DNA of 64,000 bases from Balanoglossus misakiensis. Lineage: Eukaryota > Animalia > Hemichordata. Under the pieces are notes generated by a model. The model made no database searches, was not told the origin of the DNA, and saw only the letters and a list, made by a program, of their open reading frames with translations. Location: the NCBI GenBank assembly GCA_040954595.2, contig CM082576.2, positions 5,554,760-5,618,759 of the forward strand, read 5' to 3'. Positions 19,886-33,119 of this stretch are shown one piece after another. The translations under genes were made by a program, and so were the position numbers. Every line of letters starts with the position of its first letter. Position 1 is the first letter of the stretch.

Positions 19886-20759
19886 TTTCAAACGTGACTT
19901 AGCGTGTGTTGGTTTTCTTGTTCCCTCTAAGTATGCAGCGCCCTCATAAAAAAGGTTGAAAATCTGATTCCTTTTGTTTTCATCACGAAGATGGAGTGAG
20001 ATTCCAATATTTTGGCAGCTTGTCAACGGGTTACATGAAAATGGCAGCAAGAACGAAAAAAATCGTAAGCATTTTGCAGTTCACTGCGGATAAAATTCCT
20101 GTGCCTGTTCAAACAAAAGAATGTAAAGTAATGACCGGTCCTATACAACCAAGCTACACATAAAATACGTGTCGACATTTTTATGTCTGGTGCCCCCTAA
20201 TTTTTCTTGGAGAAAATGGCTTGTCCCACCTGAAAATCCATGGAACATGTGGGCAACTGTGGCTAAATTTGCATAGTCATATGACCATGTGCCTTTTCTT
20301 AGCTGATTATTTTATTTAACTTAAAAATAAGTTGAATATATTACTAACATTGATAGTGATCACTTTTTCAAAGACCTTATTAGTAATACAGTGATATGTG
20401 ATGCACTTGTTTGATCATGATAATTGATTTACTTTTCTACCTTGCACTTTGAATAGGACCAGGTGAGATAATGTAATAATCGTTCACAATCGCTCACGAG
20501 TAGTAAAAGGAAAGGTGACATTTGTACAAAAAAATACTGTCAGATCATGATCATGGTGAATGATGTTCAGAGGAGTTGAGAAATGGACTCATCTTAGTAA
20601 AAAAAATCACAGGTAAGTAACAGGTTGCAGGCTAAAACATTTGCGGTAATGAAGCCTCTATTTTTTCTATTCACGTTTAGTCATGTTCAAGGTTGAAATA
20701 AAAGTAAAAGTTTTTAAAAACTGAAAAAATGTCTGTATTGGAATTTCCCACAGTCCTCC

Positions 20760-20830
20760 AGTCAGCTGTGGCAGTGACGTCATTAAACAACATAAAGCCG
20801 AAGTCGATTTTCAGTCTGTGTTGTTGTTCG
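20760..20830 (+). promoter_or_regulatory. Probable WDR26 core promoter region with a full CRE
   Basis: Perfect TGACGTCA palindrome at 20775-20782 at the start of the CpG-rich WDR26 5' region. Confidence 0.5.
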
Positions 20831-21001
20831 TCGGCACATCGGAATATTGAGTTTTCACCTCAGTTTTTTTACGTTTCAACGTTTTCTTTTAGAAGCGATC
20901 ATATCATCTGTTGTCTTGAAGCAATACTGGCCTCCTCGTCAGATTCAGAAAACGGTGGATTGTCTCCGCCACCGCCGAAAAAACAACGTCTGGTCGCCGC
21001 C

Positions 21002-24000
21002 ATGCATGCCAATGGCTCCCCGTCCGCTCAGCACAATGGAGACACCAATGACTTTGCAAACGTAGCCACGGCAAGCAACGGCGAAATCGCCACCCCAGAT
21101 GTTGCAGATCGGGACAGTAGTAAGAGCCCATCAGCCAGGATAACATCACAAAATGACAAGGAAATCGTTCGACTCATAGGGCAGCATTTGCGGACGTTAG
21201 GTCTCAAGTGAGTTTGGCTTCATGTCGCCATCTTGGAGTGCATAAATTTTAAAAGTTCAGATTTTTTTCTCGGAGAAATGTTGTAACCCAAGAATGGGTT
21301 AAAGTAATCATCAAATGTCACTGTTTCATTTACAGTCGGACTGTTGACCAGCTTATGGCGGAGTCTGGCTGTCGACTTGAACACCCGTCCGCGGCGAGAT
21401 TTCGATCCCATGTCATGGACGGCGAATGGCAAAAGGTGAGTGATTTTTGTTTACATTTTGTCGTCTTTCAAAATAAATTACACAACTATATGTGCAACGA
21501 AGGAAAGTATCAGTTACCTCCGTGAATTGTTGTCATTTCACTGCAAACAACCTAATAGTGTAAATATATTGTATGTGATGTTTTAAAGTTATGCTTATAA
21601 CGCCCACAAAAAATGTAACACCATGATCGTCCTATTTTGTATGTATTTGTAATTTTGTAGGCAGAGGAAGATCTAAATGAATTGAAACACCTTATAGAAA
21701 CTCCAGAAGGAAGCCCTGTAAGTATAGATAAAATATATTTGTTGATCACTAACTGTAGCAGTATTCCCTGCATTATATCTGGGATGTAGTACATCAAAAT
21801 GGAACTTGATCATTTTATGCTTCACACAGAGATGGGAGTGACAGATAAAAATAATTCTGAAGCAAGCATGAAAAATAGACATGAAGCAGTTTTTGTTGCA
21901 GTGATATGTTTAAAGATGTGCTTGATCATGCATTTGTTTAATAATTTTATATATGAAGTGGCATACGCATTGCAAGCAACTGTTGAAATGGTTTTTAAAA
22001 ATACAAAACTTGACCTTATGAATTTTACATATTCTCCCATGATCCTCTCTGTTCCAACAACAAAACACAGCTGATCACTCGCACCCAATGCAGTGCGATT
22101 TCTATTCAGCTACTGAAAGTGTGAATATGGGGAAGTGTGCATTGCTGAACTGCTAAGGAGCTTGGAGCAGTTCAGCTCTGCGTTGTAATTATGTTTGAAG
22201 TGTACCCTCACTAAAAGGGAGGGTAAATGTATTGGCAGTGTCAAATGAGGTGTAACGCTCATGCATTATTGAGTTTAGATTTTAAACAACAAAGCCAACC
22301 CCACTGCAATAATGATTGACTCACTGTAGCACAACACAGAATCAGGTGTCTCATCTGGAATAAAATGTAGTACAAATGGCAACCTGGGAGATTTGCCAAA
22401 TAGTACACACTGCACAATAGACCACTGTATCTGGTTCAGATTTGTATGGAAAACTGTTGTTTTGGTTTGACACAAATCCATTTCCTACGGCTGCCAGTCA
22501 TGTTCTCTTGATCTAGTGACCAGCTGTGCTAATATATAAATACCTGTAGAATTTATAATAATTTTTAATTTCACTGAATATGGTAATCCAAATTTAAACA
22601 ATAGGACCCGACCTATGGCGAAAATGGTATTAGAGTTGGTGGCATTTACTGCCCTGTTCACCCTCCCTTTGTTGTAGAATGATCCGACTGAATTTTGCAA
22701 GGACATGTACACCAGTGTAAACCAAAGTCTTTGTATTGTATATTGGCGTAGTTCAAACAAAGAACCAGTTCTTCCAGACAAAATATGACCTTGGTTTAAT
22801 GATGTTAATATGCAATTGCAAAGCTCAAAAGAAGTATCACATTTGATTCAAAGCCCACAGTTTCTGTATTGATTAGTTTAATCGTCTCCACATTTGCAAA
22901 GCTCATCTTCCAACTGAGATCTGTATAATATAACTTTTTTTTGAGGTTATGTTCTGGAGTAGATAAAGGAAGGGTGTCAACGTGACTGCTCCATGGGTCA
23001 ACGGTCATTTGCAAATGGTGTGAACAGCTAACTTGGCCTTCCTGTCTGTGTGCAATCTTATAATGTATAGGGGCATTGTTATAATCCATACTTTTAATAC
23101 GACACTCACAGCATGAGTGATACAATACATGTATGATGTCTGTCACCCTTCTATGTGTTGAAAATGAAATTGATGTCCGTCTGTAAAACACATTGTATGT
23201 ACAATGTCCAGACATGCTGCACTTGTTGATAGTGGAATGAATTTATATCATTTGAGTCATGTTGACATTGGGAGGGAGTCCATTCAGTGCAGACAGTTTT
23301 CAAACTTTGAATCTCTGGCCTTTGACATGTGTGATCATGCATGTGCAAATCAAATCTAACAACGGTATCCTGCTTTGTAATATTTAAATTAATTTATTTG
23401 TGTGACAGTTTTATTGTCAAACTTCGAAATAATACATGTACCTTTTGAATTTATTGTTCTTGTAATCTAGTCAGTAATTCCCCATTATGTCTCGATGAAA
23501 CTTGCCACATGTCTTGTGCATGTAGGGTTGTAGCAGGGCTAAGGTGATAGAGGTCTTTGCAATAATAACACAGAGGGAAATGATATGTGATTCCTGACGG
23601 GCGAGTGAAATCTGGAATAAGTAGCTTTTTTGACCTTGATGAACTTTTGTAAGTCATAGTTCATCGGCTTGCCAACCTCTGATATGAATATTAGATGTGT
23701 AATGCTTGATAGGCCAGCTAAGCTTGACATTTAAAGTTTGTCTTGTTTCCAGAAATGGGTGTGGATAAATCATCTTTAGGAGCCAGGCTGTGTTTATTTC
23801 AACAGTCCCTGATATAGTGAGCAAAGCTTATGGACCTCAATGATAATAGATTGGCTGGCTATGATACATACATGTATCTTGCTCAGGGCAACTGAAGGGT
23901 CAGGCAAATACACGAGTCTGGATTCTAGACTAGGTCAGGCTCAGCACACCAATCCCACTGGCCACTGTACAGCCATGAATGTTCATTTTTGAAATTCACA

Positions 24001-27000
24001 ACAAGGCCCATTTACATGATCCTAAGAAACAGGAAATATATATGTGTATAAAAATTGTATAAAAATGATGGTTGCAGCATGTACTAGTTTGTCCACTTTG
24101 ATTTGAACTCATTTCATCAGTAAATTTCATGTTGTTGCATTACAGAAGATGAAATTCCTTCTATTAGAACAGAAGTACCTGGAGTATCTAGAGGATGGTC
24201 ATGTATTGGAGGCACTGCAGTGTCTACGACAAGAACTAACACCGCTCAAATACAACACCGAAAGAGTCCATGTATTGAGTGGGTAAGTCTGTATCTGATG
24301 AGCTTTGTTTCACCTCTACTGAAGTGGGTAAAGTTGCTAAATAATGTATGTAGAAAAAAAATGATTTGTTGGATGTATGGTTTGATACGGTAAGTTCAAG
24401 TTGGTAAGTATGGTCAGTGGCAGGTAAGTTCATTTGGCTGGTAGTGTTAACTAACACTGACTCCTTGAATTGTTAATTTCATTATTTGTGTTTCATATGT
24501 GACGCCAGGTATTCTGGTGAAAGGAATAAACTGCCAGTTTTGTATTTAGGGAATTATACTTGCAACATGTGTTGTCTTCCCGGGATTAAAGGAGTGAAGT
24601 GTGTTGATCCTTTTGAGTATGGCTATTTTACTAAGCAGGGTAATGTTGTCTTCACAGAGTAAGGTTATTGTAGCTGTCAGTAGTATTTCTTCATGCCCAT
24701 ATTTCTTTTTTAAGAGCCCCTAAAATAAATGGAGGAATAAATGTCTCAGGGGGACGTGAAGAAACTGTGTCTATAGAATTGCTTGTGTTATGATTCACAG
24801 GAGCATTGAAATCTTTACCTCGGAATCCTTATTGTGTATCTGTATAAAGTATTCATATGTGCTCACAAAGTGTAATGGAAATATTTAATTATAGTTCACC
24901 ATATGTCGGTTCAAATGGAAATGATCTCCGGTCACACTACCATATTACCTGTCACTCGCTGCTACATGTATACGTGAAATCAATATGGCTGTACAGTTAA
25001 GCTGATCTAGACGTCAGTTGTTATATAGGATGAAGTGTGATTTCTTGTAAAGATCACCAAATTTTGTATTTTGGTTTCATGTGATAAATCATCTGAGAGA
25101 TTTCAAGTGATAAATTTGCAGTGATGTGAGAATGATATTACGGATGCATTTTATTATACTGCAAACATGACAGTGAGTGATTTCAGTCATTGTGCCTTTC
25201 AGTTCCTATATTATGTCTCTCTCCCTATTGACTATTTCAATTATGGTACAGCTGAAGAATTAGCCCAGAGTGCATGCAATTACAGGATTTAAATTTTTGT
25301 TTTAAAGTGAATTGTTGTCATTAATGAAATATAGGCATTCTTCTGTAATTTTACCTATAATGTTTTGATGTATACTTTAATACATATTGAGAAGAGGAAG
25401 TAAAACTGTGCAATAGTCTTTGATGGTTTCTGTGATATTTTGAAATTATTACATGTGTAAAATGATACCACCATGTCATATTTGTGTTGCTGATAACATT
25501 TATTATCTATAGACCATGTGTATATTGAACTTGCATCCTGTGTTGAACTGTAATGTCAAAATGTGTGTGTGTGCATGTTTTGTGCCCTGGTTACTCATTT
25601 AAATATTCATCATCCATAATAGACCAGTTTGTTTAGCAGTTTTGAATTGTCCATCGCACTTACATGTACATATGAACATTTTGCTGGGAGTGTTCAATTG
25701 TTATGATATCCTTCTTTCTACTGATCATATTGGTGCCAGCAGCCAGTATATAATTGGAACAATTATACTTTAATGGCTTATAATACTACTAATAGGATGA
25801 TGGCAGAACGACAGTGAGCCACTCTCCGTTCATTATAAAACCAAGGTTAGGCTTTGAAAAGGAAATTTGAACTGGTTGCCACACATAAGAATTAAATGTA
25901 AATGCAGATTTAATTTTGGTGGAGAACGGTGTCATCAGTTTATCCTCGTTGGTTTTACAGCCCTAGTTAGTACTCATTGATGATATTTGAATATTTCAGA
26001 ACAGGTCACAGTGTGCTGAATATAGGGCTGTATTCTATAGGATGTGAGATATTCAGTGTTTTGTTAAAATTATGAATAAGATATTGACTGGGATTGATAT
26101 GAGTCTGCTGCTGTCATGATTTTTGTTACATTGTGTGTTTGCTGTAAAATGGAATTGTCATGTGATTATGAGAAAATTTGACTAACATTACAAGTACCTT
26201 AGAGTGTTGTTGTTTTGTAACGGGTTTAATTTTGAGACCCAGAATTGCAGCCAGTACAGGCATCTTATGGCAGCAATCTAATTAGTAGTAAATTGATTGT
26301 ATGGAAATGAAGTGGCAGTGTCTTCATTGTATGTAAACGACAGCCTGTATTCATGTTGTCTATGTTTTTTTGTTCCATGCAGATTTTTAATGTGTACTGG
26401 TCCGGAAGACCTGCATAGACAAGCAGATTGGGCCGGAAAGGGAGCTGCTTCCAGAGCCAAATTGATGGAACAGCTTCAAAGTGAGTTCAGTGTTATCGAC
26501 TGCTGTGGGATGTCATTTTGTATACCTGTCATTGATCTTAAAAAGTGAGAGCGTGGTGGTGTCAAGGATGTCTGCATTGTAGGCTTGTGGTACTGACTGT
26601 TAGCTGTGTGTGTGAAGTGAAGTCTTGTTGAGCAAAGGACCCCTTAACTTCATGCAAAAACACAAAGTCTGATTCATTCAGCAAGTGAGGTGTATTTGTC
26701 TCTGGTTTGGTCAGAGTGCAAATTACAACAGTCACTTATATCTATCAGTACTGTAGCTGTGTTAAAGTTACAGACCTAAGAAATTGTTCAATACTGATGT
26801 GACATTAATCCCTTTCTTACTTTCCTGTCTTGACAGCTTTGCTACCGCCCTCTATCATGCTACCCCCAAGACGACTACAGACACTTCTCAACCAAGCCAT
26901 AGACCTCCAGAAAGACAGATGCCCATATCATAATACCAAACACGACGAAGCCATAAATGTTTCATTGCTAGTGGACCACTTATGTACTAGGTATGTACCA

Positions 27001-29690
27001 GTTGCGTTAATATTATCCATGCATATCTGTTTTGACATGGCTCTCCAGGCAAATGTTTGCAGCGCTCTGCAACATGACAGATGATGATGTATTGAGTTGA
27101 CAAATGAAAACATTGTGAAGTGGGAGTTATTGGTAGGATTTTTTTACAATCGAATTGACATGATGTAGTTTGTGCTCAGTTGACATAAATAATAAGAGTC
27201 CTAAATTAAGAAATTGTTAATAGTCAGGGTAAATGTACCAGTACTGTGCAAATTGGATAAAAGCCAAAATTTCATTTTGTTTAGATAAATTCGAAATTCA
27301 TATCGTGTTAGTTGCAAGCTCAATAGAATTTGTCATCGGATCGGTATAAATTCTGTATTGTACAGTTATTGATATATTTGAATTGGGTGAGGCCTTTGTA
27401 GGGCCATCTTTTTCAACTGACCCCTTTGCATTTCAGTGTGTACTGCTTTTCCCAATATTGTTGCCAGATATTGATGATTTTTTCTCTATCCATACTATCC
27501 GCAGGGAACACTTTCCATGTGAAACCAGACAGATTCTAAACGAGCACTGTGATGAAGTCTGGTTTTGTAAATTTTCACCCGACGGTTCCAAATTAGCAAC
27601 AGGTTCCAAGGACACCACACTAATAATCTGGGAGGTACATCAGGTAAGTCGAGAGATCATGAGCACTTTGTGTTGTTTTAGTATGTTCAGATTGACAACA
27701 CAACTATTGAACTTGGTTTTGAAATGATGATAAATTGCTGAAACTAGTGAAAGGTGCAGTATCATACTAGATCATGTTGAGTCATGAGACTTTAAAGCAT
27801 TGACAAACTTAATTGAGCTTGTCAACATCCTTGTATCTACTTGTTTTGTAGGAAACCAAAGAACTCCGACATTTGAACACATTTGAAGGCCATGCCTTTG
27901 GTGTGGCGTATCTGGCATGGAGTCCAGACAGTAAATTCATCATAGCCTGCGGTCCAGAAGAGAGTTCTGAACTGTGGATATGGAATGTTGAGGTAAAGAC
28001 ACAGCTTTTTAGATGTAACTATGAATTCAGGTTTCTTGATTACACACATTACATGGTAGTCAAAAGGAACTTGCCAAATATGTATCTCTGTTCGCTGAAG
28101 TCGTGTTTAATTGGGAACATTCCTTGCTTTGATGTTTGATTTTCAGACTGGTGATCTTAGGTGTAAAATGAGCCAGTCACCAGACGACAGTCTAACATGC
28201 GCATCCTGGAACTCAGACTGCAAGAGATTTGTAGCAGGTGGTATGAAGGGACAATTCTATCAGTGTGTAAGTAGTATTCTGGATTTGTATGTTCAACTTT
28301 ATCGTGAATACGGTATCAAATGAAAAAGAAATCCTATAAACTTGACAAAACCTTGTCCGCAATACAAAATCTGCAAAATATCACATCTTTGTGTTTTTTT
28401 TCTGTCATTCACAGGATATAGATGGTAATGTCTTAGATTCCTGGGAAGGGGTCAGAGTTCAGTGTGTAGCAGTTAAGAATGATGGTAAAACCATCCTAGC
28501 ATCAGATACACATCATAGAATAAGAGCCTACAATTTTGAAGAATCATCAGACCACAATGTGTAAGTATGATATTTAATGCTTACCAGCAAACATATCACA
28601 TGAGTTTTGTGATTGGAAGTCTTGACTTAAGAATGGTTCATTTCAAATTTTTTCATGTTGATTTTTTGCAGAGTCCAGGAAGATCATTCCATCATGTCTT
28701 TTACACTGAACGACAAAGAAAACTTAGCCTTACTCAACGTCGCCACTCAGGGAGTACACCTATGGGATATTCAAGATAAAATACTACTCAGAAAATTTCA
28801 AGGTGTTACACAAAGCTTTTATACAATATATTCCTGTTTTGGAGGTGTCAATCAAGACTTCATTGCCAGTGGTAGTGAAGGTGAGGAGGATTTCCTAATC
28901 TACAATGAAACATTTTCACTCGTCCATTTTCAAGGTACAAGTCCTTGGCCAGTCTCTCATAGAAATAAAATGCAATCATTTCCAATTTTAACTCCCACCA
29001 CCTTTGTATGTTCTTTTGATTATTCCCCCTTTTATCACAGACAATCAAGTTTATGTGTGGCACCACAAAAGAGAGCTTCCCATAGCTGTGTTGCAAGGCC
29101 ATACCCGTACAGTCAACTGTGTGACATGGAATCCACACGTACCAAGTATGTTAGCCAGTGCTTCAGATGATGGCACTATACGGATATGGGGACCCTCAGC
29201 AGAACACGGTATGTGTACCCCATAGTCTCTGCCTGTTTGTTGAATCCAGGAGGTCACAGTTAGGGGTGTAGTGTCACAATTCTCACTGGGGATTTGGAAT
29301 GACCGAAGGGGGATTTGAAATGCATTGCTTTATTTGTGCTCGGAAATCTTTCCTGGCATTGGATTGATTCATCCTATAAACATTACAAAGGCAGTATTCA
29401 GAAACCATTCAACAATTGTTTCAATGGAGAGTTCAAACGGTCTCTTTAAAGGGCACTTCATAAAAAAGTACATGTAACAGATTCAAGGTTCGACATAACA
29501 AAATCGTATATTGATAGACATGCATTGAAATGTATTCACTTGCCTTGCTGGATTTTAGCATGCAATGAGTTGAGCCACGCACTTGTTTCTCAACAAAAGA
29601 TTCTTGTCTTTGTTTTCAGAGCCACCCACATCAGATGCCAGCTGTAGTAATAGTAATGGAACACCAAATGGTAGCAGCACGTCAGTCTAG
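21002..29690 (+). CDS. WDR26: WD repeat protein 26 (CTLH/GID E3 ligase subunit), 13 coding exons, about 581 aa from the ATG at 21002; probable CUG start at 20927
   Basis: LisH/CTLH region ([14 protein letters not shown]...[23 protein letters not shown]; [15 protein letters not shown]), [11 protein letters not shown] and WD40 repeats ending [13 protein letters not shown]. Exons: 21002-21207, 21336-21435, 21661-21717, 24146-24282, 26383-26480, 26837-26990, 27505-27643, 27852-27992, 28147-28266, 28415-28560, 28672-28880, 29041-29208, 29620-29690. Confidence 0.97.
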
Positions 29691-30698
29691 TAATGGAATA
29701 GGGGACGAAGAATTTAACCGGAGGGGGGGGGGGGGGGTAACTTTGCAAAAATCAGACCAGTCACATCCATGAGTATTTTTCAAGACACCACCCTGTGACC
29801 TGTCTTCTATGATTATATTCATTGGAAAGAAACTGCAAGACAGAGACGCACCATGGAATTCTCATCTGGTATCATAATTTAAGATGCAAGATTAAGCCTG
29901 GAAACGGTGAAGCAAGAGCAGGAATGAACAAAAACTCTGTGCCTAATATATAAAGGACACAAAGAAAACCAGAAAGGGCCCAGTTATTGTATGGCACAAG
30001 TGCGCATACAGCAAAGACTTTTAAATACTGCAGATGTGCAAAGTGCAGCAGAAGGCCGCCCTCCCTGTGATGTATTTGAAGTGGTAAACGCAACGTCAAC
30101 AAATTATCCCATGCCGCTGGAAGTAACAAAGGGAACACGGTCACTCAGAAACAAGTCCTTATACCCTGGAACACACTGCATAATATCATGGCTACTATTT
30201 TTTTGCATTATCTTAGTTTGTTGTGCAATTTTGTTTGTGTTCCTCCCATGGTTTGTTTTATTTACAACGGGTGCATGTCAAGCACGGTAAAATGTTTCCT
30301 TTCTTTTCTTTTTTTTTGTATCAAAGTTCTGAGATACAAAACAACATATAGGAGAAACATCACAAACAGGTCTGATGTTGTTGCTCAATATAAATTTAAG
30401 ACGAAATTCTGTAAAAAAAATTAAAAAGACCCTAATTTATATTGGATTTGATTCAGTTCTCGTTTTGTGTGTGTTAGAGGTGGCAGACAGCCAATAATGG
30501 TAGTTTTGGTGTTTTAGGGCAAAGCAGCCATACACTGTTTTTGAGTTTGTCTTTTATTTTATTTTTAATGCAGAAATCATTCAAGGTTTGCATAAAACCT
30601 GCTTTAATTTATGCATCGTAGCTGTATACTTTCTTCTGCTATCCCCCGATTTTCTTCACTAAAATATGTCTGCCACCATCTGTACAAGAGTGTCTGTC

Positions 30699-30846
30699 TG
30701 AAGCAATCTGATTAAAATCAGATGTAGAGTTTAGGCGTGATAGTTTTGGCTGTTCTATTTGTCTTGGCTGCTCTTGGACGCTATGAATTGGCAAAAGTAA
30801 AGATGGCGCCTAACTCTACATCTAATTTTCATCAGATTGGTCTTCA
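30699..30846. repeat. Long imperfect inverted repeat (fold-back) in the WDR26 3' UTR
   Basis: 30699-30738 pairs with 30806-30846: about 39 bp with two mismatches and two small bulges. Confidence 0.85.
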
Positions 30847-33119
30847 ATTCCTTTTATATTTCAGTTCAATGGTCAGTAAGTTTCATCTGAATCAAACAGT
30901 CCTGTATTTTTTATTTGTCTTTATTTCACATTTGATTTTTGCCAGTATTTTCTAGATGTGGATTTCAACTCCCACCCATCCACCCCTGCCAGTAAAACTT
31001 GTAACCACCAACAGTGAGATGTAAATTTTGTGATTGATTGATTGCACATTTCTATTAGCACACTCAGTAACAACTGCAACTATGTGACTCCCGGACTGTC
31101 CCTGCCAGTTACCTGCACTCTACATCGCATCTGTTGAAATAAACCTACCTCTGTGTGCGAATTGTCTTAACGTGTAATATCTGTCACATGTTGCACTGAA
31201 GCTTGGTCTGTCTCTAATGGCAACCGCTACCTAGCTACATTTACTGTCGCTCATTTCTAATTCAATTGCAAACATGAATACCTCCTGGTCGTTCTGTTAT
31301 GTGATGCATGAAATTATCGTCAATTTGTGCCAAACGATTGGAAGATTATATATTGTGTAGAAAGCAAATATATCTTTTTTTTCTTCTGGGTATAAAACTT
31401 TCATGGTTTTCTTCTGACACACCTGTTTTTGTAGGGATTTCTTTTAAGAAAACAACAGGACCACATTTTAAAGTCTTATTTACTCTTTTTTTTCTTAAAT
31501 GACCAATTAAAAATATCTTCATAACACTCCCTTGTCCCCAGTTGTTTTCATGAATGAAGAAAAAAAAAAGGATTGGCAAACTTATAGTATGCTGTATGCA
31601 CAGTCTGTTGATATAGCTGAGAATTAACACCACAGTAGTATTAAGAACATGTTGACTTAACACTGAAGAGTACTGAAAATACCACCATGACTGATCCTGG
31701 TGTTTTGTAGCTCTTGTCCAATAAAAACTACAAAAGATCTTATGTGGCAGTTTTAGCACATTTCGTTTTCTGATGAAGAGTTATGTTCACATTGTCTGGC
31801 CATCCTGGGGTATAGTATATGTAAATCCACCCAAAGGGCTGTTTTGGAGCTCAAGATGAAAAAATGAGTTACAAGTGAAATTATCAGGAATTAGGTAAAG
31901 TCCTCATAGTGTAGCTTTGACAGCAGAGATAATTCAATGTGCAAATGTATTCAAGTGTACATGCATGTATTTCAGTGTCACTGCATTGTCATTGTTGTGC
32001 GAGTATGTGAAAATTACTGTGTACAGCATCCATGATCCAACTTTGCCATGTGGATAGTTACATGCAATACAGGAGACCTCACTTTCACAAGTTATAGTAC
32101 TTGTATATGTGTGCAGTTATCAGAGACAAACCATGTCACCTGCAATAGTACTCTACTATTCAGTAGTAATTTCACATCATTAATTTCAATTCTGGAAACC
32201 CAGTGTATCTATCCCCAATGCACTTTCAATACTCTACCAATTAAATGTAGACCTTTTGTTTGTGAAGAAGGGGGTGTGAGGCATATTGGTTGTGATTTTA
32301 TTTTTGTGGTGGTGGTTGGTGGATATCTTGAAGGATATGTTAGCTTGTTACTGGCAATTATTTCAACTTTCTTTTTAATTGTTCATTTTATATTTAATTG
32401 CTTTGTATATTGATATCATGTAAAGAATAAATGAAAGAAAAAAAACGTATTTGTACTTTGCATCTGTTGTCTATACTTATATCCCTCATGGTTGTCTATT
32501 TGCCTGTGAAACTGTTAACAACAAACTGCCATAGCAACTGTTCCTACCTGCAGTTGTTGTACTAAACATCTCCAAATCCAATGTTTTGCTGTGGATTTCT
32601 AATTTCATCATGCTAAAGTTCTTTGCATCAGTCCTATGCCTAAGTTACATGTAATGTGGAGTACTTTCTTGCACAACCAGTGCAGCAGTGAGTTTGTCAA
32701 GTCATTCTGGTGATAACTTGGGAGATGCATGTTCTCTGCACAGCTAAAATAGCAAAATTAAGAGGTGTGGTATAAAAGATTTATTCCTCTGAAATATTGG
32801 TCATGATCACAGTATTAAATTCAGCATTAAAAAGATCATTGCCTAATTATGACTGGAGTAGAAAATTTATCTATTGCAGGGTACAGGAAGAAAGGACAGT
32901 CTGGCTCTACCACAGAAGTATGCCCTCAGTGGCAAATTGTACCAACTCTGAGCAACAGCATTTGCATCCACAGAAAATACAACTTTACTTCTAATAAAGA
33001 AACCTTCAGATACTATAGTATTTGGGTATTGCTAACTCTTAATTATCAATTGGTGTAGAAAAATTGTATAAAAATTTAAAATATTTCTAAATATAGCACC
33101 AAAATCTACACATTTCTGT

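Noticed and set aside
20729-20926. In-frame ATG and 66 extra codons upstream of the WDR26 CUG
   Set aside because: They overlap the CRE/promoter region, the peptide looks non-coding, and similarity to vertebrate WDR26 starts only at the CUG. This is not fully excluded without TSS data.
29872-32413. Several 70-137 aa ORFs in the WDR26 3' UTR
   Set aside because: Low-complexity F/L/I/C-rich translations of T-rich UTR, with no recognisable homology or splice structure.
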